Below, piece by piece: positions 30,025-40,383 of a stretch of DNA of 64,000 nt (within the stretch, counting starts at the first letter, position 1; the number at the start of each line of letters is the position of its first letter). The position numbers were made by a program, and so were the translations under genes. The stretch is taken from positions 4,717-68,716 of the forward strand of contig JACWEB010000002.1 of NCBI GenBank assembly GCA_014653715.1. Direction: 5' to 3'. Under the pieces are notes generated by a model. It searched no databases and was not told the DNA's origin. It saw nothing but the letters and a program-made list of their open reading frames with translations. This DNA is from Pelagibacterales bacterium SAG-MED31 (GTDB lineage: Bacteria; Pseudomonadota; Alphaproteobacteria; HIMB59; GCA-002718135).

Positions 30025-30534
30025 TTGAATAAATCAAATTTTGTTCATGTTGCTACATTCGGCGCAGCTATTGGTTTAAAGGGTGAGATCAAAGTAAATC
30101 TATTAACATCAACAATTGATATTTTTAGATCACTCGATCAATATTATAATTTTGATCAATCCATTAGGTGGAGTTTTGAATCTGTTGTAATGCGACAAGA
30201 AAAATGTGTTGCGCTTCCATCTCATTGTAAAAATCGTGATGACGCTGAAGAATTAAAAAACCAAAAAATATTTTCATTTAAAGAAAATTTTCCCTCAATT
30301 AATCCTGATGAGTACCTAGTTAGTGATTTAATTGGTTGTAGTATTTTTCACAAGAATGGAAACTCTCTAGGTAATGTTATTAGTGTTGATAATTTTGGAG
30401 CAGGAGATCTATTAGAAACAATTTATAAAAATAAAAAAATTTATATCCCTTTAGATGATAATGTTTTGTCTGTAGATTTAGAAAAAAAAATTATTTTAGT
30501 AGATCCAATAAAAGGAATTATTGATAATGATTAA
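30025..30534 (+). CDS. rimM: Ribosome maturation factor RimM
   Basis: GLKGEIKV, RDDAEEL, DLIGC and NFGAGDLLE motifs; gene order. Confidence 0.93.
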   Translation: MNKSNFVHVATFGAAIGLKGEIKVNLLTSTIDIFRSLDQYYNFDQSIRWSFESVVMRQEKCVALPSHCKNRDDAEELKNQKIFSFKENFPSINPDEYLVSDLIGCSIFHKNGNSLGNVISVDNFGAGDLLETIYKNKKIYIPLDDNVLSVDLEKKIILVDPIKGIIDND

Positions 30535-31243
30535 TGTAAAAATTTTGACAGGTTACCCAGAAATGTTTCCTGGCGGGTTAGCTCATTCTTTGATTGGTAA
30601 AGCACTTAAAGAAAATATTTTCAAAATAGAAACTATAAATTTACATGATTTTGGTATTGATAATAGAAAGAGTGTTGATGATGAGCCTTTTGGGGGAGGT
30701 CCAGGGATGATTTTAAGACCAGATGTGGTAGAAAAAGCCCTTTTGTCAGTCTCAAATAATATAAATACTAAATCAACCAAGATATATCTCACCCCCTCAG
30801 GATCTTTATTAAATCAAAAAAAGCTTGGAATTTTGGCTAAATTAGATGAAATTATTATTCTTTGTGGTCGTTTTGAAGGCGTTGATCAAAGAGCAATTGA
30901 TGTATTGGGCTTTGAAGAGGTTAGTATAGGAGATTATGTTTTGGCTGGAGGAGAGATTGCAGCTCAAGTGCTACTTGAAGGTTGTATTCGTCTCATTCCT
31001 GGAGTATTAGGGCACCCGGAAAGTTTATTAGAAGAGAGTTTTTCTAGTAATCTTCTGGAGTATCCTCACTATACGAGACCTAAGATATGGGAGGATTCTC
31101 TGGGCAACAAATATGATGTTCCTGAAGTGTTAACCTCAGGCCATCATAGTAATATAAAAAAATGGAGACAAGATAAATCAGTTGAAAAAACGAAAAAAAT
31201 TAGACCTGATTTATATAGTAAAAAAGAACAAGAACAGGATTAG
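30527..31243 (+). CDS. trmD: tRNA (guanine-N1)-methyltransferase
   Basis: [30 protein letters not shown] and LEYPHYTRP motifs. Start ATG 30527. Confidence 0.97.
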   Translation: MINVKILTGYPEMFPGGLAHSLIGKALKENIFKIETINLHDFGIDNRKSVDDEPFGGGPGMILRPDVVEKALLSVSNNINTKSTKIYLTPSGSLLNQKKLGILAKLDEIIILCGRFEGVDQRAIDVLGFEEVSIGDYVLAGGEIAAQVLLEGCIRLIPGVLGHPESLLEESFSSNLLEYPHYTRPKIWEDSLGNKYDVPEVLTSGHHSNIKKWRQDKSVEKTKKIRPDLYSKKEQEQD

Positions 31244-31245
31244 AT

Positions 31246-31839
31246 ATGAATAATTTATTGGAAACGTTTGAAAAAAAACAAATAGAGAGATTAACTAGAA
31301 AAAAACGTATTCCTACTTTTCGTCCTGGAGATACACTTAAAGTTACAATAAGAATTACAGAGGGTGAAAAATCTAGACTTCAAGCTTTTGAAGGCATGTG
31401 TATTTCTAGAAAAAATAATTCAGTAAATTCAAACTTTACGGTTAGAAAACTTTCACACGGAGAAGGTGTAGAAAGAGTGTTTCCTTTATTTAGTCCAATT
31501 ATTGAAAAAATTGAAGTTATTCGAAAGGGTGACGTAAGAAGAGCTAAACTTTATTATCTAAGAGATAGAACTGGTAAAAGAGCTCGTATTGCTGATCGTG
31601 ATAGAGGTGATGAAGCAGATCAATATGCGATGATTGAGGAGACTCCTGTAGAAGAAACAACTTCAAATACAGATGAGACATCTGCTGTCGTTGAGCAAGA
31701 AAAGGTTGAAGAATCAAAAGAAGCTGAGGCAACTCAGGATGAACAAAAAAAAGAACCTGCTGAAGCAGTTAAGGTAGAAGAAAATAAAGAAGAGGCACCA
31801 GCAGAGGAAGCTGAAAAAAAAACGGATGAACAATCCTAA
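31246..31839 (+). CDS. rplS: 50S ribosomal protein L19 with acidic tail
   Basis: FRPGDT, RLQAFEG, GVERVFP and [10 protein letters not shown] motifs. Confidence 0.97.
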   Translation: MNNLLETFEKKQIERLTRKKRIPTFRPGDTLKVTIRITEGEKSRLQAFEGMCISRKNNSVNSNFTVRKLSHGEGVERVFPLFSPIIEKIEVIRKGDVRRAKLYYLRDRTGKRARIADRDRGDEADQYAMIEETPVEETTSNTDETSAVVEQEKVEESKEAEATQDEQKKEPAEAVKVEENKEEAPAEEAEKKTDEQS

Positions 31840-33229
31840 ACCTAAAACTCTTTTTGATAAAATTTGGCACCAACATCTTGTTCATCAACAAGAAGACGGA
31901 ATAAGCCTTATATATATTGATCGTCACTTAGTTCATGAAGTAACAAGCCCACAAGCATTTGAGGGCTTAAGAGATAATAATAGAAAAGTTCATCGCCCAG
32001 AAAGTACCTTCGCAGTTGCTGACCATAACGTCCCAACATCTGATCGATCTAAAGGAATTGATAATGAAGAAAGTAGAATACAAGTAGAAACACTTGAAAA
32101 TAATTGTAAAGAATTTGGAGTTACAATATTTCCTCTTCTGGATAGAAGACAAGGAATTGTTCATATTGTAGGTCCAGAGCAAGGAATAACACAACCTGGA
32201 ATGACAATTGTATGTGGTGATAGTCATACAGCAACTCACGGAGCATTCGGCGCACTTGCTTTTGGTATAGGTACAAGTGAAGTTGAGCATGTTTTAGCAA
32301 GTCAAACTTTAATTCAGCAACCAGCAAAAAATATGAAAATTTCAGTTAGAGGTAATCTCAAACCAGGTGTTGGTGCTAAAGATATAATTTTACATATAAT
32401 TGGCGTCATTGGAACAGCGGGTGGTACAGGATACGTTATTGAGTATTCAGGTGAAGCAATTCAAGCACTTAGTATGGAAGGTCGAATGACTATCTGTAAT
32501 ATGAGTATAGAAGCGGGTGCAAGAGCAGGCTTAATTGCCCCTGATCAAACAACATTTGATTATATCAAAGGAAGACCTTATGCACCAAAGGGAGAAAACT
32601 GGGATAAGGCTCTAGAATTTTGGAATTCATTACCATCAGATGAAAATGCTAAATATGATAAAGAAATAAACATTAGTGCTGATGAGATAAAACCACAAAT
32701 AACTTGGGGAACAAGTCCTCAAGATGTAGTCCCAATTAATGGAAAAGTACCAAACCCACTTACAATTAAAGATGCAAATAGAAGAAAAGCTGTTGAGCGT
32801 TCATTGGAATACATGGGTTTAGAGCCAGATCAAAAAATTGAAAAAATAAAAATTGATAAAGTATTTATAGGTTCTTGTACAAATGGAAGAATAGAAGATT
32901 TAAGAGAGGTTGCTAGAGTTGTTGAAGGAAGAAAAGTATCTGTTGACTCAATGATAGTACCCGGTTCTGGATTAGTTAAAGAGCAAGCAGAGAGTGAAGG
33001 TCTAGATAAAATTTTTATAGATGCTGGGTTTGATTGGAGAGAACCAGGTTGTTCGATGTGTTTAGCGATGAATCCTGATCAATTGCAACCAAAGGAAAGG
33101 TGTGCCTCAACTTCAAACAGAAATTTTGAAGGAAGACAGGGAAGAGAAGGCAGAACTCATTTAGTAAGCCCTGTTGTTGCTGCCGCATCAGCTATTAAAG
33201 GAACATTTGCACAAGAAAGTGACTTATAA
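31826..33229 (+). CDS. leuC: 3-isopropylmalate dehydratase large subunit
   Basis: [22 protein letters not shown] and GCSMCLAMN motifs. Confidence 0.98.
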   Translation: MNNPKPKTLFDKIWHQHLVHQQEDGISLIYIDRHLVHEVTSPQAFEGLRDNNRKVHRPESTFAVADHNVPTSDRSKGIDNEESRIQVETLENNCKEFGVTIFPLLDRRQGIVHIVGPEQGITQPGMTIVCGDSHTATHGAFGALAFGIGTSEVEHVLASQTLIQQPAKNMKISVRGNLKPGVGAKDIILHIIGVIGTAGGTGYVIEYSGEAIQALSMEGRMTICNMSIEAGARAGLIAPDQTTFDYIKGRPYAPKGENWDKALEFWNSLPSDENAKYDKEINISADEIKPQITWGTSPQDVVPINGKVPNPLTIKDANRRKAVERSLEYMGLEPDQKIEKIKIDKVFIGSCTNGRIEDLREVARVVEGRKVSVDSMIVPGSGLVKEQAESEGLDKIFIDAGFDWREPGCSMCLAMNPDQLQPKERCASTSNRNFEGRQGREGRTHLVSPVVAAASAIKGTFAQESDL

Positions 33230-33831
33230 TGGAAAAGTTTGAATTATTAAAAGGGATTGCTGCACCTCTTCCTATGATGAATGTTGATACCGATATGATC
33301 ATACCAAAGCAGTTTTTAAAAACAATAAAGCGATCAGGTTTAGGTAAAAATCTTTTTCATGAACTTCGTTATGATATGCAAGGTAATATAAAAAATGATT
33401 TTGTCTTAAATTGGGATCCTTATAGAGAAGCATCTATTCTTGTTGCAGGCGATAACTTTGGTTGTGGCTCAAGCAGAGAGCATGCACCTTGGTCACTTTT
33501 AGATTTTGGTTTTAAATGTATAATAGCACCAAGCTTTGCTGACATTTTTTATAACAATTGTTTTAAAAATGGAATTCTACCTATTCGTCTTACTCAAGAT
33601 AAAGTTGATATTATAATGGAGCAGGCAAATAATAAAAATATACTTACTGTAGATTTGGAGAAGCAAAAAATTATTTCTGAAGATGATAATTCAATTGATT
33701 TTGAAATAGATGAATTTAGAAAAAAATGTTTAATAGAAGGTCTTGATGATATTGGTTTAACCCTTCAAAAAAAAGAAAAAATAACTGAATATGAAACCAA
33801 TCTTAAATCATTACATCCTTGGATTATTTAG
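33229..33831 (+). CDS. leuD: 3-isopropylmalate dehydratase small subunit
   Basis: [13 protein letters not shown] and [11 protein letters not shown] motifs. Confidence 0.98.
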   Translation: MEKFELLKGIAAPLPMMNVDTDMIIPKQFLKTIKRSGLGKNLFHELRYDMQGNIKNDFVLNWDPYREASILVAGDNFGCGSSREHAPWSLLDFGFKCIIAPSFADIFYNNCFKNGILPIRLTQDKVDIIMEQANNKNILTVDLEKQKIISEDDNSIDFEIDEFRKKCLIEGLDDIGLTLQKKEKITEYETNLKSLHPWII

Positions 33832-34944
33832 ATGAGTAATAAAAAAATACTTGTTTTACCAGGTGATGGAATTGGCAATGAGGTTATGGCAGAGGTGCTT
33901 AATATAATTGATTGGTTATCAAAAACACGATCAATGTCCTTTGATATATCTGAGCGCCTTGTTGGTGGAATTGCATATGATAAAGAGGGTGACTCTATAA
34001 GTGATTCAACTATGCAAGAAGCATTAGAATCAGATGCAGTATTGTTTGGTGCAGTCGGGGGGCCTCAATGGGATAATGTTGAGAGAGCAAAACGTCCAGA
34101 AGCAGCCCTCTTAAGGTTGAGAAAGGAATTAGATCTATTTGCCAATTTAAGGCCTGCTGTTGTCTTTGATGCTCTAGCTGAGGCATCACCGTTAAAACTA
34201 AATTTAGTGAAAGGGCTTAATATTCTTATTTTAAGAGAATTAACAAGTGGTGTTTATTTTGGACAACCACGCGGAGTATCAAAAATTAATAATAATGAAG
34301 AAAAAGCTGTTGATACTCAAAGTTACACTACTTCAGAGGTGACACGCATAACACGTGTTGCTTTTGATCTTGCTAAATTACGAGATAATAAAGTTACTTC
34401 TGTAGAAAAATCAAATGTAATGGAAACTGGAATGTTCTGGAAAAATACAGTTTCAAATATTCATCAAAAAGAATTTCATGAAGTTGAACTTTATCACATG
34501 TTAGCTGATAACTGTGCAATGCAACTTGTTAGAAACCCAAAACAATTTGATGTTATTTTAACAGACAACTTATTTGGAGATCTTCTTAGTGACATAGCAG
34601 CTATGCTAACAGGTTCTTTAGGTATGTTACCTTCAGCTTCACTAGGTCCAGTGGCAGAAAATGGTTCAAGAGCAGCAATGTACGAACCAGTTCATGGAAG
34701 TGCACCTGATATTGCAGGCCAGGGTAAAGCAAATCCTCTTGCTATGATTATGAGTTTTGCAATGATGTTAAAATATAGTTTCAATATGCAAGAAGAGAGC
34801 ATCTTAATTGAAAATGCAGTCCAGGCAGTTTTATCAAAAGGTTTAAGAACAGCTGATATTAGTGATGGTGTTGATAAGGTTGTATCAACTCAAGATATGG
34901 GCAAGGCTGTTATTCAAGAATTAAAAAAATTATCAGGTAATTAA
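33832..34944 (+). CDS. leuB: 3-isopropylmalate dehydrogenase
   Basis: [19 protein letters not shown] and [12 protein letters not shown] motifs. Confidence 0.98.
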   Translation: MSNKKILVLPGDGIGNEVMAEVLNIIDWLSKTRSMSFDISERLVGGIAYDKEGDSISDSTMQEALESDAVLFGAVGGPQWDNVERAKRPEAALLRLRKELDLFANLRPAVVFDALAEASPLKLNLVKGLNILILRELTSGVYFGQPRGVSKINNNEEKAVDTQSYTTSEVTRITRVAFDLAKLRDNKVTSVEKSNVMETGMFWKNTVSNIHQKEFHEVELYHMLADNCAMQLVRNPKQFDVILTDNLFGDLLSDIAAMLTGSLGMLPSASLGPVAENGSRAAMYEPVHGSAPDIAGQGKANPLAMIMSFAMMLKYSFNMQEESILIENAVQAVLSKGLRTADISDGVDKVVSTQDMGKAVIQELKKLSGN

Positions 34945-34948
34945 TATT

Positions 34949-35992
34949 ATGACAAATAAATACAATATTGCTATCGTAGGGGCAACAGGAGCAGTAGGAA
35001 GTGAAATAATTCAGATTCTAGAACAAAGAGAATTTCCTGTTGATAATTTATATTTATTAGCATCTTCTAAGTCAAAAGGAAAAAAGATAGAATTCAAGGA
35101 AAAAGAAGTAATTGTTGAAGATTTAGAAAATTTTGATTTTTCAAAAGCTCATATAGGTTTATTTTCACCAGGAGGAAAAATATCAGCAGAGTATGCTCCA
35201 AAGGCAGCAAAAGCAGGTTGTATAGTTATAGATAACACATCACATTTTCGAATGAAAAAAAATATACCTTTAATAGTTCCAGAAGTTAATTCTCATTCTC
35301 TTGAAGATTTTTTTCAAGATGAAAACAGAACAAATATAATTTCAAATCCTAATTGCTCAACCATACAAATGGTGGTTGCTCTAAAGCCACTTAATGATAA
35401 AGCAATTATAAACAGAGTTGTAGTCTCCACATACCAAGCAGTATCAGGAGCGGGTAAAAGAGGTATGGATGAGTTGTTTAATCAAACTCAAAACGTCTAT
35501 GCAAATCAAGAATTAAAAAAAGAAAAGTTTACTAAACAAATAGCATTTAATGCAATTCCACACATTGGTGCTTTTTTAGAAAATGGCAATACTGAAGAAG
35601 AGCAAAAAATGATTGATGAAACAAAAAAAATTTTAGATGAGGGTATCAAGATTTCAGCAACATGTGTAAGAACGGCTGTTTTCATTGGTCATTCTGAATC
35701 TATAAATATAGAATTTGACTCTCCATTAGAGGCTAAAGAAGCTCATGAAATTTTATCAAATTCAGAGGGTATATCAGTTATAGATCATAGAGAAGATGAG
35801 GGTTATGTAACCCCAGTTGAGATTGCTGGTGAAGACAAAGTTTATGTAAGCAGAATAAGAAATGATGACTCTATAGATAATGGATTAAGTTTATGGGTTG
35901 TTTCTGATAATCTTCGAAAAGGCGCAGCTCTGAATGCTGTTCAGATTGCAGAATTAATTATATCAAAATATTCAAGTTTTATAAAAATTTAA
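34949..35992 (+). CDS. asd: Aspartate-semialdehyde dehydrogenase
   Basis: GATGAVG, NPNCST, STYQAVSGAG and DNLRKGAALN motifs. Confidence 0.98.
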   Translation: MTNKYNIAIVGATGAVGSEIIQILEQREFPVDNLYLLASSKSKGKKIEFKEKEVIVEDLENFDFSKAHIGLFSPGGKISAEYAPKAAKAGCIVIDNTSHFRMKKNIPLIVPEVNSHSLEDFFQDENRTNIISNPNCSTIQMVVALKPLNDKAIINRVVVSTYQAVSGAGKRGMDELFNQTQNVYANQELKKEKFTKQIAFNAIPHIGAFLENGNTEEEQKMIDETKKILDEGIKISATCVRTAVFIGHSESINIEFDSPLEAKEAHEILSNSEGISVIDHREDEGYVTPVEIAGEDKVYVSRIRNDDSIDNGLSLWVVSDNLRKGAALNAVQIAELIISKYSSFIKI

Positions 35993-36417
35993 TTATCACT
36001 TATTATTCTTTTTCCATAAATTAGTGAGTCCTGTATTTCATAGTTATTTGTTTTATAAAATGCCTTCACTTTAATATTGGTGTTCCTAACAAATAGATTA
36101 ATTTTTGGACAACCTAACTTGTAGAGTTTTTTTTCAATAATAGATAAAATAGAAGACCCAATTCCTTTTTTTTGCAGTTTTGGAAGAACCGCCAAATAAT
36201 AAATATAGCCACGGTGACCATCATATCCAGCCATAGCTGTAGCAATGATTTTGTTATTAATTTCTCCAATAATAAAAAGATCATCTTTAATAAATAACTT
36301 TCTTTTAATATCTTTTAGTGGATCATTCCAAGGCACAATAAGTTTACATGTTTTCCACAATGCAACCACTGTATCTGTATCAGTCTTTTTAAATTTTCTA
36401 AATGTTGGTTCACTCAT
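35989..36417 (-). CDS. GNAT family acetyltransferase (YpeA-like)
   Basis: GYDGHRG, YLAV, QKKGIG acetyl-CoA motif, GCPKINL, FY. Start is ATG 36417, because the track's longer start lies inside the tRNA. Confidence 0.9.
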   Translation of the reverse strand: MSEPTFRKFKKTDTDTVVALWKTCKLIVPWNDPLKDIKRKLFIKDDLFIIGEINNKIIATAMAGYDGHRGYIYYLAVLPKLQKKGIGSSILSIIEKKLYKLGCPKINLFVRNTNIKVKAFYKTNNYEIQDSLIYGKRIISDN

Positions 36418-36424
36418 AATTTCT

Positions 36425-36499
36425 TGGCGGTCTCGTAGGGACTCGAACCCCAAATCCATGTTCCGAAGACATGTGTGATATCCATTTCACCACGAGACC
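36425..36499 (-). tRNA. tRNA-Arg, anticodon UCG
   Basis: GGTCTCG/CGAGACC acceptor stem, discriminator G, encoded CCA, D-loop AATGGATA with A20, anticodon arm CATGT-CTTCGGA-ACATG, T-loop TTCGAGT. Confidence 0.95.
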
Positions 36500-36542
36500 T
36501 ATTGTTATTATATATTAATTTTATTATTTATATATTTGTAAA

Positions 36543-37103
36543 CTACCAAGAACTATTAGGTTTATTTAAAAAAGCTTCTTCTTCTGGCGTAGACTTACGT
36601 TTCAAAACCTTATTTCTATGAGGATATCTTCCAAATTTTTTTATTGGTATGGTATGATCTTCCCATGCTTTTTTAACTTTATCAAAATTCTCAAATGATT
36701 TTAAATAGATATCAATAAGTTTATGTCCAAAAATATGATCGCTGATGTCCTCACTATGAATAAGTGGCATTAAAAGAAAATGGATTTTATTTTGATCTAA
36801 TTCTTCAAGATATCCTCGATCAATAGCTTCATTTACAATTAAACGAGTCTTATAATCTTGTGCAAAAGAATCTAAACTGTCTCTATAAAGATTTCTAGAA
36901 AATTGATCTAAGAGTATTACAAGAGCAACACATTCCTCAGCAGTATCTTGCCATTCATCATATTCATTATTAATTGCTTTTTTGAGGTCTTCTAGAAATA
37001 GTTTTTTAATTTTTCCATCATATTTATTATCTTTTTTAAACCAATCTTCCATACTAGATTGAATAAACCAGAAATCTAAAATTGCTTTTGCTCTTTCATT
37101 CAT
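36543..37103 (-). CDS. DUF924 family protein
   Basis: ILDFWF, ILLDQFSRN, MPLIHSE and FGRYPHRN..L.R.ST.EE motifs. Start ATG 37103. Confidence 0.92.
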   Translation of the reverse strand: MNERAKAILDFWFIQSSMEDWFKKDNKYDGKIKKLFLEDLKKAINNEYDEWQDTAEECVALVILLDQFSRNLYRDSLDSFAQDYKTRLIVNEAIDRGYLEELDQNKIHFLLMPLIHSEDISDHIFGHKLIDIYLKSFENFDKVKKAWEDHTIPIKKFGRYPHRNKVLKRKSTPEEEAFLNKPNSSW

Positions 37104-37134
37104 ATGAGAGCTATAATATAGAAGACCAACCTTC

Positions 37135-37812
37135 ATGACATTAATTAAATTAAACAATAATATCAGTAAGTGCCGTAGGTGTGAGCGTTTGGTTAACTTT
37201 CGAGAAAAAATTGCTACTGACAAAAGACGTCAATACATCGACCAAACTTATTGGGGTAAACCAATTACAGGATACGGTGATATTAATTCTCAATTACTTA
37301 TGATTGGGCTCGCTCCAGCAGCACATGGAGGCAATAGAACTGGGAGAGTTTTTACAGGAGATAAGTCTGCTGATTTCCTATTTAAATGCTTGCATAAAGT
37401 AGGGTTTGCGAATCAAAGTATTTCAATATCCAGGGATGATGGATTGAAGCTAAAAAATTTATATTTAACTACAGCATTAAAATGTGTTCCACCCGAAGAT
37501 AAACCTAAGCCTGATGAATTAAAAATGTGTTTTAATTTTTTTAGAGAAGAAATAAATTATTTAGCACAAATAAATACAATTGTTGCTTTAGGAAAAATTG
37601 CATTTGATGCATGTCTAAATTTTTATATGCAAGATTATGATCTAAAGAAAAAAGATTTTCTATTTCAGCATGGAACAGAATACCTTCTCCCTGACAAAAA
37701 AATTTTAATTGGCTCTTACCATCCCAGCCCTAGAAATGTTAACACTGGCAGAATAAATGAAAATAAAATGGTCAAATTATTAAAAAAAGTACAAAAAATT
37801 TTGGATCGATAA
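37135..37812 (+). CDS. Uracil-DNA glycosylase (family 5/UdgB-like, Fe-S)
   Basis: CRRCERL, GLAPAAHGGNRTGRVFTGD, KCVPP and SYHPSPRN motifs. Confidence 0.93.
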   Translation: MTLIKLNNNISKCRRCERLVNFREKIATDKRRQYIDQTYWGKPITGYGDINSQLLMIGLAPAAHGGNRTGRVFTGDKSADFLFKCLHKVGFANQSISISRDDGLKLKNLYLTTALKCVPPEDKPKPDELKMCFNFFREEINYLAQINTIVALGKIAFDACLNFYMQDYDLKKKDFLFQHGTEYLLPDKKILIGSYHPSPRNVNTGRINENKMVKLLKKVQKILDR

Positions 37813-38015
37813 TGCCCATAAGGAGAAAATCTAGTATTGCTAAAAGATATTATGAAAGTATTGGTCAAGGAATATTGTTTGGCCATGACAACCTTAATTT
37901 TAAAACAGTCAATCTTCCAAAAAAACAACATTTTAAAAATATTTGTAAAAAATTTAGTGTAAAACTAATCATTCAAACTAAGCCAATTTTTTTGAACGTA
38001 ATTCAACTATATTAA
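37812..38015 (+). CDS. Small basic hypothetical protein (67 aa)
   Basis: Starts in a TAATG overlap with the UDG stop and ends immediately before the next ATG; no recognised motif. Confidence 0.4.
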   Translation: MPIRRKSSIAKRYYESIGQGILFGHDNLNFKTVNLPKKQHFKNICKKFSVKLIIQTKPIFLNVIQLY

Positions 38016-39209
38016 ATGAAAAATTTTTTCTATTATGATCCAAAACTTTTGCTTTATGGATTTTTAATTGTTTTTTTTGCGAGTTATGGTCAAACTTTTT
38101 TTATATCTTTATTTAATACTGAAATAAGAAATTTTTATCAGCTGTCAGATGGAGAATTTGGTCTTGTTTATGCTATCTCTACTTTATTTAGCTCATTTAT
38201 TCTTATAAGTTTTGCAAAATTAATTGATCATATTGATTTGAGAGCTTATTCATTCATAGTTACAATAGGACTTTTTTTAGCGTGTGTTGGTATGGTTTTA
38301 TTGTTTAATCATATTGCTTATCTTTTTATAATAATTTTTATGCTTAGATTTTTTGGACAAGGGGCAATGACTCATGCAGGAGAGACTACAATGGCTAGAT
38401 ATTTTGGAAAAAACAGAGGTAAAGCATTATCTGTTGCAACGCTTGGAGGAATGGCAGGCGTGATGTTTCTTCCTTATATAATTTTAAATTATTTTAAAAA
38501 TATAGAAATGAGCCAGCTTTGGTTTTATGCTTCTATTTCAATTATTTTTTTTATTCCATTTATTTTTTTTGCATTGTCAAATCAAAAAGCTAGACACAAT
38601 AAATTTGATCAAACACAAACAAATAATCCTTTAAATTTAAAACTTCGAACAAGAGATATTATTAAAGATGATAAATTCTATATATACTTACCCTTATCTA
38701 TAGCAGCCCCATTTATATCTACAGGTCTGATGTTTCATCAAATTTATATTTTTCGTCAAAAAGGTTGGTCGCTAGAAATGTTAGGAAATGGTTATATTTT
38801 ACTAGGTTTGTTTTCAATAATTGGTCTTTTAATAGGTGGACCTTTAATAGATAAATTTCATACTAAGAAAACTGCAATAACAGTTTTAATTCCATTATTC
38901 TTGTCAGTAGTTATACTCTTATTGTTTGATAGCGTATTTTTTTTAATGATTTACATGTGTTTATATGGATTTAATATGGGTATTAGCACTCCATTTATTG
39001 GGTCATTGTGGGCAGAGATATATGGTGTAAAAAGTTTGGGAACTGTTAAAGCGCTGCTTCATGCTGGTAGCGTATTTGCAAGCGCACTTTCACCTTTAGT
39101 ATTTGGATATTTAATTGATTGGGGGTTTGGTATTACAACAATTGCTATTATTAGTATAATTATAATAGTTGTTTCAACATTAGTTCCTATCTATAAAAAA
39201 CTTCCATGA
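38016..39209 (+). CDS. MFS transporter
   Basis: GQTFFIS, RFFGQG, RGKALS, GPLIDKF; about 12 TM helices. Confidence 0.9.
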   Translation: MKNFFYYDPKLLLYGFLIVFFASYGQTFFISLFNTEIRNFYQLSDGEFGLVYAISTLFSSFILISFAKLIDHIDLRAYSFIVTIGLFLACVGMVLLFNHIAYLFIIIFMLRFFGQGAMTHAGETTMARYFGKNRGKALSVATLGGMAGVMFLPYIILNYFKNIEMSQLWFYASISIIFFIPFIFFALSNQKARHNKFDQTQTNNPLNLKLRTRDIIKDDKFYIYLPLSIAAPFISTGLMFHQIYIFRQKGWSLEMLGNGYILLGLFSIIGLLIGGPLIDKFHTKKTAITVLIPLFLSVVILLLFDSVFFLMIYMCLYGFNMGISTPFIGSLWAEIYGVKSLGTVKALLHAGSVFASALSPLVFGYLIDWGFGITTIAIISIIIIVVSTLVPIYKKLP

Positions 39210-39346
39210 CAGAAAAAGTAGCTAATAGTATAAAGTTTTTAATATTAGAATATGAACGATTATTAAAAAAACAAAAAGATGAGAAGTTATCAAAATCTGA
39301 ATTAGAAACATTAAATAGTTTAAAAAAATTTTTAGGAAAAAATTAA
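39206..39346 (+). CDS. Unannotated 46-aa helical protein
   Basis: MTEKVANSIKFLILEYERLLKKQKDEKLSKSELETLNSLKKFLGKN*; ATGA overlap with the MFS stop and TAATG overlap with the zapE start. Confidence 0.7.
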   Translation: MTEKVANSIKFLILEYERLLKKQKDEKLSKSELETLNSLKKFLGKN

Positions 39347-40383
39347 TGAGCTTTACTATTCTCGATCATTATAATGGTTTTGTTGCTAATAACTTTATTA
39401 AAAAAGATATTAATCAAACTGATTTACTAAAACAAATTTCTTTTGCATGGGATAAATATAATAAAAATAATAGTTTTTTTTCTAAAAAGAAAAAAGTAGG
39501 CCTTTATGTTTATGGCTCTGTTGGGACAGGAAAAACTTTTTTACTAAGTTTATTTTCACAATACAGTAAAGTTGGGAAGAAAATACATTTTAATCATTTA
39601 ATGAATAACATTCATGATGCCATTAACTCAAACGAAAATAAAAATCAAAAACTAGAATTTTTTATTAAAGAATTCTGTAAAAATATTAAAATTCTTTTTA
39701 TTGATGAATTACATATTTTTAATATAGTTGATGCACTTATAGTTAGAAAAATTTTTCACTTTCTTGAGGTAAATAATATATTTGTAATGACTTCTTCAAA
39801 TTATAATCCAGATGATCTTTATCAAAACGGCTTACAAAGAGCAGATTTCATACCTTTCATAGAGCATATAAAAGAAAATTATGATGTAATTAGTATTGAT
39901 AGTGTGAAAGATTATAGAAGGATTACTCTCAATCAATCAAAGACATATTTCACACCTATTAATAAAGACACGGAAGAGGAATTCAATTTACTTTTTGAGA
40001 GGTTAGTAGATATTAATAATTTAACAACTAAGAAAATAAAAATTAAAAGCAGAGAGATAAATTTTATCAAATGTTCAGCTAATGTAGCTTATTGTAATTT
40101 TGATTTTATTTGTAATACAAATCTTGCACATGAAGATTATGCAAATATTGCTAGAGAGTTTAAACTTATTTTTATACAAAAAGTTCCAAAAATGACAGAA
40201 GATTACTCTGATCAATGTAGAAGATTCATAAACCTTATAGATATGCTCTACGATAATAAGTGTTCAGTTGTTATTCTTGCTGAAAATCCAATTTCTTCTC
40301 TGTGTCAAATTAATAATCTATCTAAAGAATTTAAGAGAACAGCTAGTAGATTATATGAAATGACTATTATTCAAGCATCATGA
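39346..40383 (+). CDS. zapE: AFG1/ZapE family ATPase
   Basis: GLYVYGSVGTGKT, LFIDE, TSSN, LYQNGLQR, RRFINLID and RTASRLYEM motifs. Confidence 0.92.
   Translation: MSFTILDHYNGFVANNFIKKDINQTDLLKQISFAWDKYNKNNSFFSKKKKVGLYVYGSVGTGKTFLLSLFSQYSKVGKKIHFNHLMNNIHDAINSNENKNQKLEFFIKEFCKNIKILFIDELHIFNIVDALIVRKIFHFLEVNNIFVMTSSNYNPDDLYQNGLQRADFIPFIEHIKENYDVISIDSVKDYRRITLNQSKTYFTPINKDTEEEFNLLFERLVDINNLTTKKIKIKSREINFIKCSANVAYCNFDFICNTNLAHEDYANIAREFKLIFIQKVPKMTEDYSDQCRRFINLIDMLYDNKCSVVILAENPISSLCQINNLSKEFKRTASRLYEMTIIQAS

Noticed and set aside
29819..30037. Leu/Val-rich minus-strand ORF resembling a membrane peptide
   Set aside because: It is the antisense reading of the rpsP GCA/CCA/GAA repeat.
36245..36478. 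77-aa + strand ORF and the extended GNAT N-terminus
   Set aside because: Both run through the tRNA-Arg gene.
37104..37223. Apparent head-to-head overlap of DUF924 and UDG
   Set aside because: DUF924 similarity begins at MNERAKAILDFWF (37103); the extension is antisense UDG sequence.
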